From: Spirogloea muscicola | Lineage: Eukaryota | NCBI GenBank assembly: GCA_009602725.1 | Contig: WELB01000016.1 | Location: forward strand, 373,427 to 437,426 | Length of the DNA: 64,000 nt | Direction of reading: 5' to 3' | Shown here: piece after piece, positions 63,150-64,000 of the stretch | Numbering within the stretch: the first letter of the stretch is position 1 | Layout of the letters: each line of letters begins with the position of its first letter | Program-made: the position numbers and the translations under genes | The notes under the pieces: model-generated | Told to the model about the DNA's origin: nothing | The model's database searches: none | What the model saw: only the letters and a program-made list of their open reading frames with translations

Positions 63150-64000
63150 CACTTCATCTAGATGCCCGGGATCCTTGCGCTCGCTGGACCGGCTTCTGAG
63201 CACAGCCTCGAGGTATATGGGTAGCAGGGCCGGGGCATGTCGCTCCAGGTGGTCGGCCACAACTCCTGACATGCCATTATGCGGGAGGCTATGAGAGTAT
63301 CAGACCAAAGAAAAGGAGGAGGAAAGTAAAAGATCCATGCTTGTAGTTCTGGAAGTCATGGGCTACGAAAAGAAGTGGCTATACTGTTATTCAGCAGTGC
63401 AGGGCATGTCAACGGCTAGCGTATTTCAAGGTAGGCGTTCAGGGTCAGGGGCCAGATCAGACCTGAGGCGATGGCGGGCTTTGTACTTCGGAGAAGGTTG
63501 AGTGCCAGCTGGGGGTGCTCGGTAAGGAGCCACGTGGAGGACTCCAGCACCAGCTCCTGCTCCGCGGGGCCAAGCTTGCGAAGGTATGTCACAATAGCCT
63601 GCACTGCGGCATCGCCGTCCGCGTGGCTGCTCTCCGCAGCTGACTCACGTAGCACGGCCAGCGCCCGCTTGTGCAAGCCGCGACTCCAAAAGAGCGGCAC
63701 GAGTAAGTCGCGCCGCCCTGCCGAGACGAGCGCGGCCTCGCTCACAGCTGCATCGCAGAAGTTCTGGCCCCGCAGGAGGTGCTCAGTGGCAGGTGTCCCC
63801 CCACCTTCGCCATCAAGCTTCAGGTGCACCTGCAGCAGCGCCGTATCCAGTAGAGTAGCCGCCGCAGCCGCCGTGCCGCCTCCGCCCAGCTCCTTGGCGC
63901 ACGCCACTGCTCCTGGCCCATTGTGGTCAGCAGCGGCTGGCACTGGGACTGCTCCAGCCCTGTCCGCAGCCTGTGCCACTGCCTCTGCAGCCTCCAGCAC
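63150..64000 (-). CDS. VPS39: Vps39/Vam6 (TGFBRAP1-like) internal exons; gene enters from the right edge
   Basis: LDTALLQVHL..LLRGQNFCD..E..L..LFWSRGLHKRALAVL..IVTYLRKLG..LVLESSTWLL..HPQLALNLL; next exon VVADHLERHAPALLPIYLEAV. Confidence 0.8.

Overview
GC-rich, intron-rich eukaryotic DNA from a green plant lineage. The gene set (NAC, LBD, ALMT, pectin methylesterase, CruP, a cyanobacterial-type M23 peptidase) suggests a streptophyte alga, possibly Zygnematophyceae; this is inference only. About 13 spliced or partial genes are recognisable: beta-carotene hydroxylase exon 1, a CLC anion transporter, elongin C, ALMT, a membrane-tethered NAC, a CruP-like cyclase, LBD, a DUF89 damage-control phosphatase, an M23 peptidase, a PME with an extensin-like tail, organellar L12, SmF, a Sel1-repeat ORF broken by one TAG, and part of Vps39. 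The main unexplained structure is a set of about 7 subfamilies of heavily 5'-truncated CRE-like (restriction-like endonuclease) non-LTR retrotransposons. Wherever an ORF end survives it closes with a D-x-x-x-L-[TS]-R-[GN]-Y-stop motif. Their 3' UTRs carry a two-stem RNA fold with apparent covariation and end in a CTT/CT tail. They nest inside each other, with target-site duplications visible in two cases. Every cluster lies on the promoter side of a gene; I saw none in internal introns or between convergent gene ends. Gene boundaries were placed by eye, and single-N gaps in GC-rich first exons make several starts uncertain.
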